Shown: positions 24,851 to 37,396 of the stretch, piece by piece
Position numbering within the stretch: position 1 is the first letter of the stretch
Layout of the letters: each line of letters begins with the position of its first letter
From: Octopus sinensis
Lineage: Eukaryota
Assembly: GCF_006345805.1 (NCBI RefSeq)
Contig: NC_042997.1
Span: 139,190,001-139,254,000 of the forward strand
Reading direction: 5' to 3'
DNA: 64,000 nt
The notes under the pieces: model-generated
Seen by the model: the letters and a program-made list of their open reading frames with translations, nothing else
What the model was told of the DNA's origin: nothing
Database searches by the model: none
Program-made: the position numbers and the translations under genes

Positions 24851-25009
24851 TGCATTTGCAAATGAAAGACATCGTTTTGGAGCTTGTAAGGTGTTTTTGA
24901 ATTTTATTGTTTTGAAAGAAAAATTCCGGCTTTTGTTGTACCATTTTGTTATTAAGACAGAATGAAAGAACGAAGACAGAGCTAAGGAACTAGTTGACGT
25001 TATTCTTTT

Positions 25010-25225
25010 ATTCTTTTATTCTTTTATTCTTTTACTTGCTTCAATCATTTCACTGCGGCCATGCTGGAGCACCACCTTTAGTCGAACAAATCGACTCCAG
25101 GACTTATTCTTTATAAGCCTAGTACTTATTCTATTAGTCCCTTTTACCAAACCGCTAAGTTATGCAGACGTAAACACACCAACATCTGTTGTCAAGCGAT
25201 AGTGGGGGAACAAACACAGACACAC
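25010..25225 (-). mobile_element. Family A SINE, 3' half
   Basis: ttcttttacttg..gcggccatgctggagcacc..aaccgctaagtta..gttgtcaagcgat. Confidence 0.8.
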
Positions 25226-25230
25226 AATGA

Positions 25231-25272
<42 letters not shown>

Positions 25273-25283
25273 GCACACACACA

Positions 25284-26559
25284 TTAGGTCGTCAAGTATG
25301 AAATTTGTAGAAAAGAAAAAAGTGTACTAATATTTTATAAATACAAGGAATAGTTTTATTCATCAAAGTATGCACCTATATTGTCAATACTCTTTTGCCA
25401 TTTCAGCGGTAGCTTGTCCTGCGCAGAACTGTAAAAGCTTGGCAATCTAGTGTCAATAAAATCTTGGAAGCCCTGTTTCACAGCATCGTCGGGATTAAAT
25501 TTTTTCCTCCCAAAAAGTTATCCGAATTCTGGAAGAAGTGGTAGCCAGTGGGTACAAGATCAGGTGAGTATGGTGGGTGATGGAGAGCTTCCAACTTCAA
25601 TTCCTGTATTTTCGCCAATGTCATTTTTGCGAGCTGTGGTCTGGCATTGTCTTGCAATAAAAATAGGAGTGGATTTGTTGCCTAATCCAGTCTAAGTCTT
25701 TTTGGGTTTTTTTGTGAGTTTCTGCATAATTTGGTCCAGCTGGCTGCAGTATACTTCGGCCGTGATTGATGATCATAATGGATCACACCTGCGCCAGTCC
25801 ACCAAACACACACCATCAGCTTCTTTTGATGAATTTTGCTTTTTGGACTGTGTTTTGGAGGTTCGTCTTTGTCCAACCATTGAGCCGAACGTTTACGGTT
25901 GTTGTATTCGATCCATTTTTCATCATATGTTACAATTCGATTAAAAAATGATTGATTTTTGTGACGAGAAAGTAGCATAATGCAGGCTTCCAAACGTTGC
26001 TGTTTCTGATTTTCATTGAGTTCATGTGGAATCCACTCATTCAACTTTTTCACTTTACCGATTTGAACTAGGTAAATCAATATTCTTTGCTTGCTAACAC
26101 CAACCAACAATGATAATTCACGGGCCCTTTGGGATGGATCTGACACGACGTTAGCTTTCAGTTCGTCATTATCCACCTTTGTTTCTGGTCGACCGCGTTG
26201 CTCATTTGTGAGATCAAAGTTACCAGAACGAAATTTTACAAACCAATTTGATACTGTCTGTGTAATAACATTAGAAGGAAATACTCCATTACTATTCCGA
26301 GCTGTTTCTGATGCTGCATTTCCAAGAAAGAACACATATTTCAAAACTGTACGAATTTCCGACTTATCCATCTCTAAACAAAAATAGCAAAAAACGATTT
26401 ATAAATACTTTATAAAGCGCAAAATGAGTTAGAATAAAGAAACAGATGTCAGCTTTCTAACAAAAAATACAGATTGTCAAAATATAATAATGGCGCAAAA
26501 TGAGAAGCTGTCAAACTTTACCATATACCTTACTACAAATTTCAGACTTGACGACCTAA
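25284..26559 (-). mobile_element. Full-length-size mariner DNA transposon (~1.28 kb), defective
   Basis: 27-bp TIRs ttaggtcgtcaagtatgaaatttgtag / ctacaaatttcagacttgacgacctaa, with TA on the right flank. Confidence 0.93.
25350..26371 (-). pseudogene. Mariner transposase pseudogene
   Basis: MDKSEIR..HTH region..RGRP..WIPHEL..IVTYDEKW in ORF 25682-26371. After a frameshift, QDNARP and HPPYSPDLVP..YHFF. Confidence 0.9.
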
Positions 26560-26970
26560 TATACATACAAACATACATACATACATACATATATATATAA
26601 AAGTAAAAAAATACACAAACTGGGACAAGAACGTGAAACATTTTGAAGACGACACAAAAAACACGGACGGGACTTTCGAAGCTCTCAGTCATCAGTCAAG
26701 AACCGGATCATCTTCGCAATTTCATATATATATATATATATATATTTATATGCATACATATACATACATATATAATTGACATACGTATATATATACATCC
26801 ATATATACATCTACATATACATGTATATATGTGTATATATGTGTTTGTGTGTGTGCGTGTGTGTGTGTATTTGGTAGACGTAAACTGAAAGAAGCCCGTT
26901 GAATTTATATATATATATATTCGACGGGCAGTAATACTGGCAAAAACTGCATTATGCTTATGAAAGGGAA

Positions 26971-27193
26971 GGCGGCGAGCTAGCAGAGTCGTTAGCACGC
27001 CGGGCAAAATGCTTAGCGGCATTTCGTCCATCTTTACGTTCTGAGTTCAAATTCCGCCGAGGTCGGCTTTGCCTTTTATCCTTTCGGGGTCGATAAATTA
27101 AATACCAGTGATGCACTAGGATCGGTGTATTCCTTTGGGGAAGGGGACTTATCTCATCCCCCAAATTTCAAGCCTTATGCCTATAGTAGAAAG
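26971..27193 (+). mobile_element. Family-B SINE with 18-bp target-site duplication
   Basis: Complete head to tail; attatgcttatgaaaggg at both 26951-26968 and 27195-27212. Confidence 0.92.
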
Positions 27194-28477
27194 TATTATG
27201 CTTATGAAAGGGCAGGTTAGTGTTTTCATCGTTGACAGTTCAAAGTTCAAAAATTGAACGACTTCTGAAACGACAAAAGAGAGTAGCAGAAACTACAAGA
27301 TAGACAGCCACAAAAGCAACAACATTAAGAAAAGTAAGAACATCAACAGCAGCAACGATTTACAGCAAATGCAACCACTGCCGCAGCAGTGAAATCCCGG
27401 CGAAAAATGTTCTCTTACCAAGATTACAGACGTCCTCGATGTTGTCTCATTGGACAAAAGCCACGAACATTTACAAAAGGTGGTAAAACACATCAAAAGA
27501 CTACAACAGAAAAATTACGCTTAATATACTGCAACACCTTCTAGGGTAAACTGAAAGGAAAATACTTTCTGTATAGATGCTTTTCGACGAAAAGACACGA
27601 ATTAGAGCGTATACGTTCAGGCCAAACTGAACTCTGTTTTGAAGACATATGGAGCTTAATATTAATTTTGTGGAGTATGCCCATAAGTTCGGATTCATCC
27701 AGAAGCACTTGACACTTCCACAAAACAAAACAAAAAAGATAACCCGAAGATTTCTCACTGATGCCGATCAACCTGAGACGGAGAGTAATCCGAGTAAAAA
27801 TCCTAAACAAACCACCAGATTTCTAGTGAGTGAGGAATTTTGTGGTTTTGGAAGACACGATGGTAGAAATAAAAAGATTCCGGAAAGAAATTTTGGTTGT
27901 GATGAGGCCGGGGTGTTTAATTCAGTTGAAAACTGAGATACTAGAAAAAGCCCTACCCTAAGAAATCCTAGGAGCGTAGCAACTTCAGATAGTAGTTAAG
28001 GATAGAAGGCCTTGATGCTTTAATTTTAGAAATACTAATCACCCTAAGGTTTTCTTTCTCCAACAGCCACAGAAAATAACAACGCAATAAAAACAACTGC
28101 AACTACAGTCGTTGAAGCTACAAGACTGGAAGCAGAACGTACAGCTACAGTAGCAAACAATTATGCTAAAAGTGGAAACAACATCAAGAAAAACAACAAA
28201 GCAAACACCTCCCTCAAGAGCCACCACATCACCAACAACAATAGCAACTGAAAGCCTCTAAATAATAACAGTAAAACAAAAAGACGATGATCCATCCGAG
28301 ACATGCTTTGAACCATCTAGATTTGTCCTGTGGAGAAGGTGACGGTGAGGAGCCAAAATAGTAAACAAACAGGCGAGATGCTTTTGAGCAACAACGAACC
28401 AACACCGGCCCAAATAGCACCTATACTAATACTATCGACACCATGACCCCATGATTATCACTACTAATACTATATTT

Positions 28478-28834
28478 GGATCTTTTCTGTTTGAACGGCA
28501 GTTTTTAACATAAATTCTAGGTAACTAAAAAAATTTAAACTTCGTATACTGGTAGAATGTGTTTATAAAAAAACTTTTTCTCTTGGCTTTATTGAGAAAA
28601 TTCTGAGTTAAAAAAACATTCTGTGCCGTATGAATATGTCCCTCGTTTAAGAAACAGATTGGGTTTATTTACATTTCTGAAGAAAAAAGATACCCTTCCC
28701 CCCACCCCTAACCCTAACTAACCCTAACCTTAAAACAGATTGAAATGCAATAGATCGATACTAGGGTCATAATTATGGGTGACAATTTCATATAACACCG
28801 CTAGAAAAAACTGCTGTTCAAACCGAAAAGATCC
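28478..28834. mobile_element. Non-autonomous DNA transposon, Merlin-like, carrying (CCCTAA)n
   Basis: TIRs ggatcttttctgtttgaacggcagttttt / aaaaactgctgttcaaaccgaaaagatcc. Perfect 8-bp TSD ctatattt (28470-28477 and 28835-28842). GG termini with an 8-bp TSD fit Merlin. Confidence 0.8.
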
Positions 28835-29264
28835 CTATATTTAGTATATATAATACAATTCTATAACTGACACCATCATTACAACCACAGCCACAACTTA
28901 ACTTATACACACTAACTACATCAATCAGAACACACAACCCATCGCGAACAAAAAAAAAAAAGAAATCATTAACTACATGACTATAATCAGAAGTAATAAA
29001 AAGACCCAATTGGTCACATACACCAACAAACAAGCAGTACAATCAATAACTACATGGCATTAACAAATAACATACATGCACATAAAATAAATACCCCAAA
29101 GGAGAAGGAGACTTCGGGGGGAATATAAACAAATGGCTATATAAAGAACTGCATGTAGAATCAAACACAGCCAAACGGAGGGAAGAAATATCTGTCTCTC
29201 CATAGAAATAATCTAAGTAGGGTTTTTCGATTTCCTCCTTCCGTCAAATGGACTTAATTAGAAA

Positions 29265-30045
29265 AAGCAGTGTATGTGTACGTAGCTTAGTATCACCATG
29301 GAAGCAGGGTCATCTACTCAGTGACCACAGACCACTAAATAAAGATATAGTCAGCAAGACTAAAGAATCCTGTCTACATACCTTCATGCCCATCTTCGAT
29401 GGATACGAGGTCTATTTATCTTCAAGTTGAACGGATTTGGGAGGTGGAGTTGCCATGTTGCTTCGGAAGGTACCCGGAAAGTAAGCTGGTGGTTCGTGAT
29501 GTCAACAGTAATGAAGAAGGTGCTTTCAGATTAGTTGCTGTCAATTCGCCGCCGAAGATGGGGTAGTTGGATTTCTCCAGGTGCTTGGCGGTTTCTATGA
29601 ACGACCCGCTCTTGGATGCACGCTTTGGATTGTATGGGGCAAACTGATAGAAGAGAGATTTTAAAAACCTTGCTAACGTGCTCAGATGTTTCTAATTCTC
29701 TAACAGGTGCCGATTAGATTTTCTGAAGGTGCTAATGTAGACATGGACAAACTGCATCTAATCAGCCAGATCGTATGCAGACAGAGTATTCTGAAGTCGA
29801 ATCGATGAGGATAATATAGACTGTCAACAATTTAGAACCATCACATATTGGTGATCCGTACGATCGACTTACTAGAAGCTGAACGCGTCACTCCCAGCGC
29901 GCCAAGTTTACAGAAACTGAATTATCGAATCAATTTGGTGTTGATGGGAGCAACCGTCAACAACCAATGGTGGTTCATTGCGAAAAAGGCGATTTGTGTA
30001 GCATCACAAAGGTTTGGTAAGGCTATAACGACTGAGAAAACTTGA
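29265..30045 (+). pseudogene. Older fragment of the same L1/Tx1 family (APE region)
   Basis: VRSLVSPWKQGHLLSD matches NVRGLASAWKQGHLRND at ~16970; gaaggtgctttcagattagttgctgtc matches ~17250. Confidence 0.7.
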
Positions 30046-30356
30046 AAACAAAAGAGACTGAGTGAAAATTTTTGAAGAACCCCTTCTGCAACCGACGCCT
30101 TGTCCGTAACAGTAACTTCAGCAACATCAGCAGTCGTAGCATCAACAGCAACAGTGTCAGCGGCAGTTGTACATGTAGCAGCAGCATCATAACAAACAGG
30201 AAAAAAATACTCAGCAACAACGACGTTCAGCAGGAAAAAGACACTCAGCAGACACTAGCGTCACAACCCCACAAAAAGTGTCGCCAACACCAACACAATC
30301 CAAAGAAACCCCATCCACACCAGTCAATCACACTACAGACAAACATAGTCAGTTAC

Positions 30357-30419
<63 letters not shown>

Positions 30420-30422
<3 letters not shown>

Positions 30423-30770
30423 TCGCTCAAGCACATATATCTTCGGGTGAGAATATATGGAGTAGCTGTGTTGCTTCGGAAAGGGCTGTATCTTTGGATG
30501 AGGGTCCTTTTCCTGGATCCAGAAGTTAAGTCGGTGAAGCAGGGCATCTCCAGCAGCGTTGTCTTTCCCTTCAGACAACTAACCGTCCATGTTCCGACAG
30601 GGGCGGAGCTCCCGAATTTCTTCAGGCACCTGGAGGCCTTCCTGTGAACGTCCCACTCTTTAGTTCTGCTAGAAGACTAGAACAGCACCTTATATGCATG
30701 GATGGTCTGTGTGGGGCATATGCATAGATGGTCTGTGTGGGGCTAGCCGATAGGAGAGGGGTTTCAAAGC
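30420..30770 (+). pseudogene. Further L1/Tx1 APE fragment
   Basis: GVAVLLRK..VLFLDPE..PTGAELPNFFRHLEAFL matches GVAMLFRK..IFLDPD..PTGAERPDFFRRLETFL of ORF 17042-17413. Confidence 0.75.
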
Positions 30771-30823
30771 ACTTTGCCTTTCCCTATTCCAGAGCAGATG
30801 AAATAGGTTTATTTCAAGGAATG

Positions 30824-31265
30824 AAGACAGCAAGCCAGCAGAATCGTTGGCACACCGGCTAAAATGCTTAACGGCATTTCGTCTGCCTTTGTGTTATAAG
30901 TTCAAATCAACCGAGGTTAACTTTGCCTTTGATCCTTTCGGGGTCGATAAGATAAGTACCAGTTGAGAACTGGGTCGATGTAATCCACTAGTACCCTCCC
31001 ACTAAATTTCAGGTCTTGTATCTATAATAGAAAGGGTTATTTCAAGGAATGTTAAGGCGATGAGCTGGTTGAATCGTGAGTATGCTGGACAAAAAGTTTA
31101 GCGGTATTTCGTCAGTCTTTACGTTCCGAGTTCAAATGCCAGCGAGGTCGACTTTACCGTTCATCCTTATGAGGTCGATAAAATATGTACTAGTTGAGCA
31201 GTTGGGTCGATGTAATCGACTTCCGCCTCCTCTAAAATTGCTGGCCTTATACCAAAATTAGAAAC
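30824..31265 (+). mobile_element. Two adjacent family-B SINEs; the first has a 15-bp TSD
   Basis: ttatttcaaggaatg at 30809-30823 and 31037-31051; family-B head and body motifs in both copies. Confidence 0.8.
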
Positions 31266-33668
31266 CATTACTTCATTATTTAAAAGAATGTTGGGTTGGG
31301 AAATTGACTACATTTTTAGAGCATGGGAGAAAAATACGTTGCTTTTTATCTTTCAGGAGGTCAATGGAATAAAAAAAAAGAGACAATCAAGTAGCGAGTT
31401 CGATAATCGACCTTTCCTTCATCCCCAAAATTCTGATTGTGTGCCTATATTAGAAAATATTCTTTAAAAGATTGTTCCGACTGCTGTTGTGTCTGAAATT
31501 TGTTGCGTCTGAAGACATTTCGTATTCTTAGAACTAGAGTATTCTTTAAAAATGCATTTAAGTTATTATTTTGTGCAAGGGATGGCACAATTGGAAGAAT
31601 ATGAAACAAAATAGTTTATGGTACATTTTGACAATTTCGAGTCTGATTTAACTATTTTTTCCAGAATCGGCCTTATTTTACTATCTTCCCGAAATCTATA
31701 AAATATATACAGTGAAGTGCTGGGATCGATTCCATTGCTTTTCTACATTAGTGTAGACCTAGTTTTATGGTTGATTAACTTCTTTACTCGCTCCCGGTGT
31801 TGATAAAATAGGTTACCGGTCAACTATTGGGGGTCGGTGGTATCAACAAAATCCTTTCCCCAAAAATTCTTGTTTCTGTGCGTAAAATCAGAAACCGTTA
31901 GTCCCACTGAGCGGCTCCTTGGGAAAATGCCTTCTATTGTCACCTGTGAGTGGATTTTGCTAGATGGACAAACTGCTTCAGAGGCCTAACTAGTGTGGAT
32001 GTACGTAGTATGTATATACATATGCGTCACACGTGTGCATATTTGTCTGTATATCTATACATGTTCATGGTTGTATCTGTTTGACACAATGGCGCCAGTT
32101 GAAATAAGACAGATATCCAGTCAAACTGCTACCGCAGACAATCGCCATTATATAGAACTAGAAAATATATGGAGTGAAATAAGTACTGAGATTGCTACGA
32201 TCGGCTATAAATAAATGCTGAAGGTTGTGACTCAATGTGACTACAGTCTGATGACTGAAACTAACAAAAGAATTTATATCAATACTAAAAATAACATTTT
32301 GGGGGCTGCGGAACAAGTATCACAGAGATAAGCACCCGGTGATTTTGTTTGATGTCAATTGAAAATATTTCACCTCGGACAAAAGGTATGCATTTACAAT
32401 TTTTTCCCTTGTTTTGAAGGCATCTAATTCAAAGAACTCACTGTTTTAAATCGATGTCTAACAACATTTGCCAATGTATTTCATTTTAATTGTTGATATA
32501 ATAATTAGAGTGTTGTTAAGGCAGCGAACTGACAGATACGTTAGTATCTCCAGCAAGCTGTTCAACGGTATTTTTTTCCCTAGCTCTTTGCGCTCTGAGT
32601 TCAAATACCACTGAAGTCAGTTTATAAAATACCAGTATAGTATCAAAATCAAAATTTATGGTCCTGTATTTAAATCAGAAATAATTACTGAAGTAAGTAA
32701 TTCATTTGAGCAACGTACAAAATGCTCAACGGTATTTTTTCTAGCTCTTTACGTTCTCAGTTTAAAATATCCCCGAGGTCAGCTTTGCTTTTAATCCTTT
32801 CGGGATCTATAAAATAAAGTACCAATCAAAATTTATGGCCTTGTACCTTAATTAGGAAGAATAAAGACAGTAGACTGGCGTCTGACAAAATATCTTGAAG
32901 TATTTGTTCTAGCTCTTTATGTTCTGTGTTCATATCCTGCCGAAGTCAACTTTGCTTTTCGTTCCTCCGGTATCGATAAATTAGAGGAACTGTGAAGTAC
33001 AAATGTCATTGACGGAGGACTGAGTTCTAAATCCAGTTTTGAATTTTAGTGATATTCATTCCGCATTACATTCGCTATGCATCTCTACGCGCACGCGTAA
33101 GAATGGCATGAAAGTCATATCATCCTAATTTCTCATTTGTTATAATTTCAGTCTTCGTATAAAAGTCGGTGCTAAGACTAAACGAGTTGGCATAAATATT
33201 TTACAGTATTCAGTTGATTACATCAATTGTTTTTTCATTCAAAATCCCGTTTTGGTTGATTGCGTTTGCTGCTTGTTTCCTCCATGACTAATGAAATGAA
33301 GATCAATAAGATACAGAGATATATTAAAGCAATTATGATTTTAAATGATCTTGTGTTTAGACCAAACAAATATTATTGATTTGATTTTTTTAATATATAG
33401 ACGCAGGCGCAGCTGTGTGGTACGAAGTTTGCTTCCAGGTCACATGGTTCCGGGTTCAGTTTATCTTATACTTATTTCAGTCATTAGACACAAACCATGC
33501 TGGGGCAACGCCTTAAAGACATTTTAATCGAATGAATCGATCCCATGACTTATTTTCTCTTTGCCGAACCACAAAGTTACGGATACGTAAACACACCAAC
33601 ACCTGTTGTCAAACGGTGGTGGGGGACAACATAGACACAAAGACACATCCCTCACACACACACATATG

Positions 33669-33975
33669 TATATATAATAAAAGAAAGAAAATGCACGCAC
33701 TTTACATAGCTTTAATATATTTCTAATATATTTTATATTATGCTTGTCGTCCGGTTTCGCTTTCGCTAGTCATGACATTGAAATTATCGTACTTTCGTAT
33801 TTTCTTTGTCATGATTAGCGAAAGCGAAACCGTTCGACAAACACAATATAAAATATATTTTAAAATATATTAAAACTATGTAAATTGTGTGCATTTTCCT
33901 TCTTTTATTATATATATATATGTTGCATTACAACTCACCACGTGTGGATAATCGAAATTCTTCCCTTTGTGTTTT
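33669..33975. mobile_element. Fold-back insert with a minimal hammerhead-like motif in each arm (PLE-type remnant)
   Basis: ~109-bp imperfect inverted arms 33669-33777 and 33807-33916. + arm: ttgtc-ATGATTA-gc-gaaa-gc-GAAA-ccgt-TC-gacaa. - arm: tgtc-ATGACTA-gc-gaaa-gc-GAAA-ccgg-AC-gacaa. Confidence 0.65.
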
Positions 33976-34392
33976 ATATATATATATATATAACACAAAG
34001 TAAGTTATATATATATATATATATATAACACAAAGTAAGTTAGGGGTTATGGGTGCAACCCACTAAGGGATAGTATTTATCCAATATATTGTTGGTAAAC
34101 TACCCAAATTCTTAAACATAAATGTTTAATTGCAATGCATAACTTATTTATTGTATTAAACGGGTGAAGGCAAAGAAATATTTTATCGTTAATTTATAAT
34201 AAAAATAAGAAAATGGAGAAACAATTTAGTTTGTTCATCAACTTTCGGATATTAGAATGTTGAATTATTTATTCATTTAACAAAATGAGAACCTTAATAG
34301 CATACATATATACTTTATAATTCAATACATATAAGATAAGAATACAAATTATAAAAATCATAATATAAATTATTGAAATCATTAAAATCACT

Positions 34393-34525
34393 TCTTACAG
34401 CTGTTTCAGTCTATGGTTAAAAGTATTTTTTTTTATTTTTATTGCCTATAGTTGTCTATTATATTGAGATTATAGACATTTAAAAATAGGGTACTTATAT
34501 ATATAACCATAGGCCTCGTCAGAGA
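34393..34525 (-). ncRNA. Type I minimal hammerhead ribozyme motif (PLE-type)
   Basis: tct-CTGACGA-ggcctatggtta-[~84 nt]-taaccatagact-GAAA-cagctg-TA-aga: canonical core, 12-bp stem II with one mismatch, palindromic stem III, GUA triplet. Confidence 0.7.
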
Positions 34526-34734
34526 TTATAAAGAATTCCCAAAATATTAATACATGAAACAGGATACACTTATAATTTAATATATATAAAAATATGAACA
34601 AATATTCATATAGATTTATACGTATACATATATACCTATACACATGCATAAGCAGGGTGTATATACTTTTACATGTGTAAAAATACATAAATAAACACAA
34701 TAAAAAATAGATCCAAGTAAATAGAACATTCGTC

Positions 34735-34766
<32 letters not shown>

Positions 34767-34915
34767 ACCCGGTAATTCCCGGGGGTAAAGATATTCTATT
34801 GAAACGCCTTATTACTCTGATATCAAAAAGCAATTTCGTTATAACTGCCACAAAAGTATATTTTCCATCGGAAAAAAGTACAAAAAACTCTCAGCTGGAG
34901 GAGGGAAGAATTGTT

Positions 34916-35099
34916 GGAGGTTGACGAGAGAGGTTTTCGGAAGTTGGCGGGAAACATTGTCGGAGGTTGGCAAGAGAGGTCATCAGAGGTTGTCGAGAGA
35001 GGTTATCGGAGGTTGTCGAGAAAGGTTTTCGGAGGTCGGCGAGAGAGGTTGCCAGAGGTTGGCGAGAGAGATTGTTAGAAGTTGTCAAGAGAGGTTTTC
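34916..35099. repeat. 23-bp minisatellite, 8 copies
   Basis: Consensus ggaggttgtcgagagaggttttc, 8 consecutive units with no indels. Confidence 0.9.
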
Positions 35100-36029
35100 C
35101 GAAGTTACATGGGAAAAACGCGGTTGAAGTGTTAAGTGAAATTTGGCAATCGAGGATCGAATCCATGCTGTGCCTGCATGAAGCCACTACAAATACGTTG
35201 TGGAATAAAAAAAATTATCTACTGTTATAGAAAAAGTGTAACTGTAAAAATGAAGAATTATCGGAGTAATGGGCATTCAAAAAAAGTATGTATGTATAGA
35301 AATGTGTGAATGAAGTCTTTAAGGTTTAGGATTAAAATCAAAGAAGTGCGATAATGTTTAGCAGTTAAAAACTGAGTAGTGAAATGCAGAATTAGGTCGG
35401 CTGATCGTGAGAATCAAATATTGATCGCTTCGCTAGAAACTGCAGGTGGTATGGGTTATTTCCCTTGAGTTCTTTAAATATGATATTAGTAATATTTAGT
35501 AGATAGAAGGACCGATTGGAGGGGCCTTGTTATCGATATTTTTCAACAATCTAAGTATGTCACGAGGTTTCCAGACATGAGTTCTACGTCTCAAATAAAG
35601 TATAAAAGTGATATTATCTTCAAAAATTAGAAATTGGACACACAAAGAATCAATATTCAAAGTAATCGAGCATAAACAATAAAACCTGTAAAATACTTCT
35701 AAATTCGATGGCTCAATTAGTTTCGCGAGAATATTGATCGCTCCGCTAAAAACTAACTACTGTAAATGCAGGTGTTATGGGTTATTTCCCTTGAGTGTTT
35801 AAAAATAATTATACAGGTGCTATGAGTTATTTCCCTTGGGTGTTTAAAAAATTAGTTAACTGAGGTAGATATAAAGATTCCTTCCGGGGGCCGAATTATC
35901 GAGTTTTTCAATAAGTATGTCACGAGGTCTCCACTCACATGTCAAATTTAATCAAAATCAATAAAACGATGTAGGCGGAGTTAGCCAACAACGCCACAAA
36001 CAAACACACACCGATTTTCCACATGTGTA

Positions 36030-36066
<37 letters not shown>

Positions 36067-36119
36067 TGTATGATGTGGGATAGGGACAGATAGACACAAA
36101 TACACACACACATAACTAT

Positions 36120-36275
36120 TCGGCGGGATTCTTTCAGTTTCTGTCTACCAAATCCACTTAGGAGGCTTTGGTCGGCTCGAGGCTATAGTAGAAGACATTT
36201 GTCCAAGGTGCCACATAGTTGGCTTGAACTCGGAACCATGTTGTTGGTAAGCAAACATCTTACCATACAGCCATG
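36120..36275 (-). mobile_element. Family A SINE, 5' half
   Basis: ttctttcagtttctgtctaccaaatccac..gctatagtagaagaca..ccaaggtgccac..ggaaccatg..cagccatgcc. Confidence 0.75.
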
Positions 36276-37396
36276 CCAGTTATCAATAATTCTAGTGGTG
36301 TAAACGTCGGGACAAAGTTTGTAATTAAAATAAGCTAAGGGAAACTCTATATGTAGGGAACTGATGGCTTATATCCGTACGGATCTAATAAGCAAACGTG
36401 GTTGTGGTGGTGGTGGGGTATTGGTGGTGGTGGTGCCAGCGGCAGAGGCAGTGACAATATAGGAAATCATTTAAGAAATCAATTGGAAACCGTGGGAAAA
36501 ATCATTGAACTGTTTTCGCGATTCAGTTTTGATTTCCATCCGGGATCCTTTCTGCATCATTTCTGTTTATCTATTTGGAAAGACGTGAAAGACATAATAT
36601 CTATTTTGCTTCAGCCTTAAATATATCTTCTTGGTCTTAGTGCTTTTAAGAACATAGTTATTACGATGTATTAAATACGAAAATAAATCGATATTGCATT
36701 ATAATGGTGATTACAAAAGCTTTACACTAATCTTGTTCGGATCATCGCTCAACTTAACTTGGATCAAACCAGGCTCAACTGTGTCTTTTCAATATTGTCT
36801 AAGAACAGGTGAAATCAAAATGTATGTAGTCAATCGGTTACTTTAGATATAACAAGCAAATCTTCCTCGTATCACATGGGTTATAAAAGAAAAAAACGCC
36901 GGACAGGATGTAGTATGTATTTGTTCATATAAAAATGACGGTTGGGCACAGATGTTATTCTTTGAAATCAGTATCAATAAAGAATCTTCTATGTGATCAC
37001 TGGATTTGATAGGTCATTGCATAACCGGAAACTAATTTGCTGTAAGGATACCAGTGAAGACAGTATTCAAAAAAGGGTTTGGCGAGGTTCAGCGGTCCTC
37101 CACAATACAGTGGAATTCACTTACTATAACCTTTGATTTTAAGAAAATGACTTTCATAATTTGCCTTATGACTGTGAGCAGAGCACAGAGGTGAAACTCC
37201 CGAGTAGATGACTCTGTGTGTGTGTGTGTGTACGTATACACACACACACACACATATATATAATGTTATATATATCTAATATATAGAATATGTATGCGTG
37301 TATGTATGTATGTATGTATGTATGTATGTTGTATGTATGTATGTATGTATGTATGTATGTATGTACAGGGTGTCCTAAAATGTATGTGTGTATGTA

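Noticed and set aside
26665-26700. Hammerhead on minus strand (CTGATGA..GAAA..GTC)
   Set aside because: Core words are present but stems I, II and III do not pair.
27480-27960. L1 ORF1 remnant
   Set aside because: Position upstream of APE fragments is suggestive, but no motif could be verified.
28706-28733. True telomere or chromosome-fusion scar
   Set aside because: Only ~4 imperfect repeats, enclosed in a TIR element with a TSD.
34891-35230. Repeat-protein ORFs
   Set aside because: They arise from a 23-bp (non-triplet) minisatellite open in several frames.
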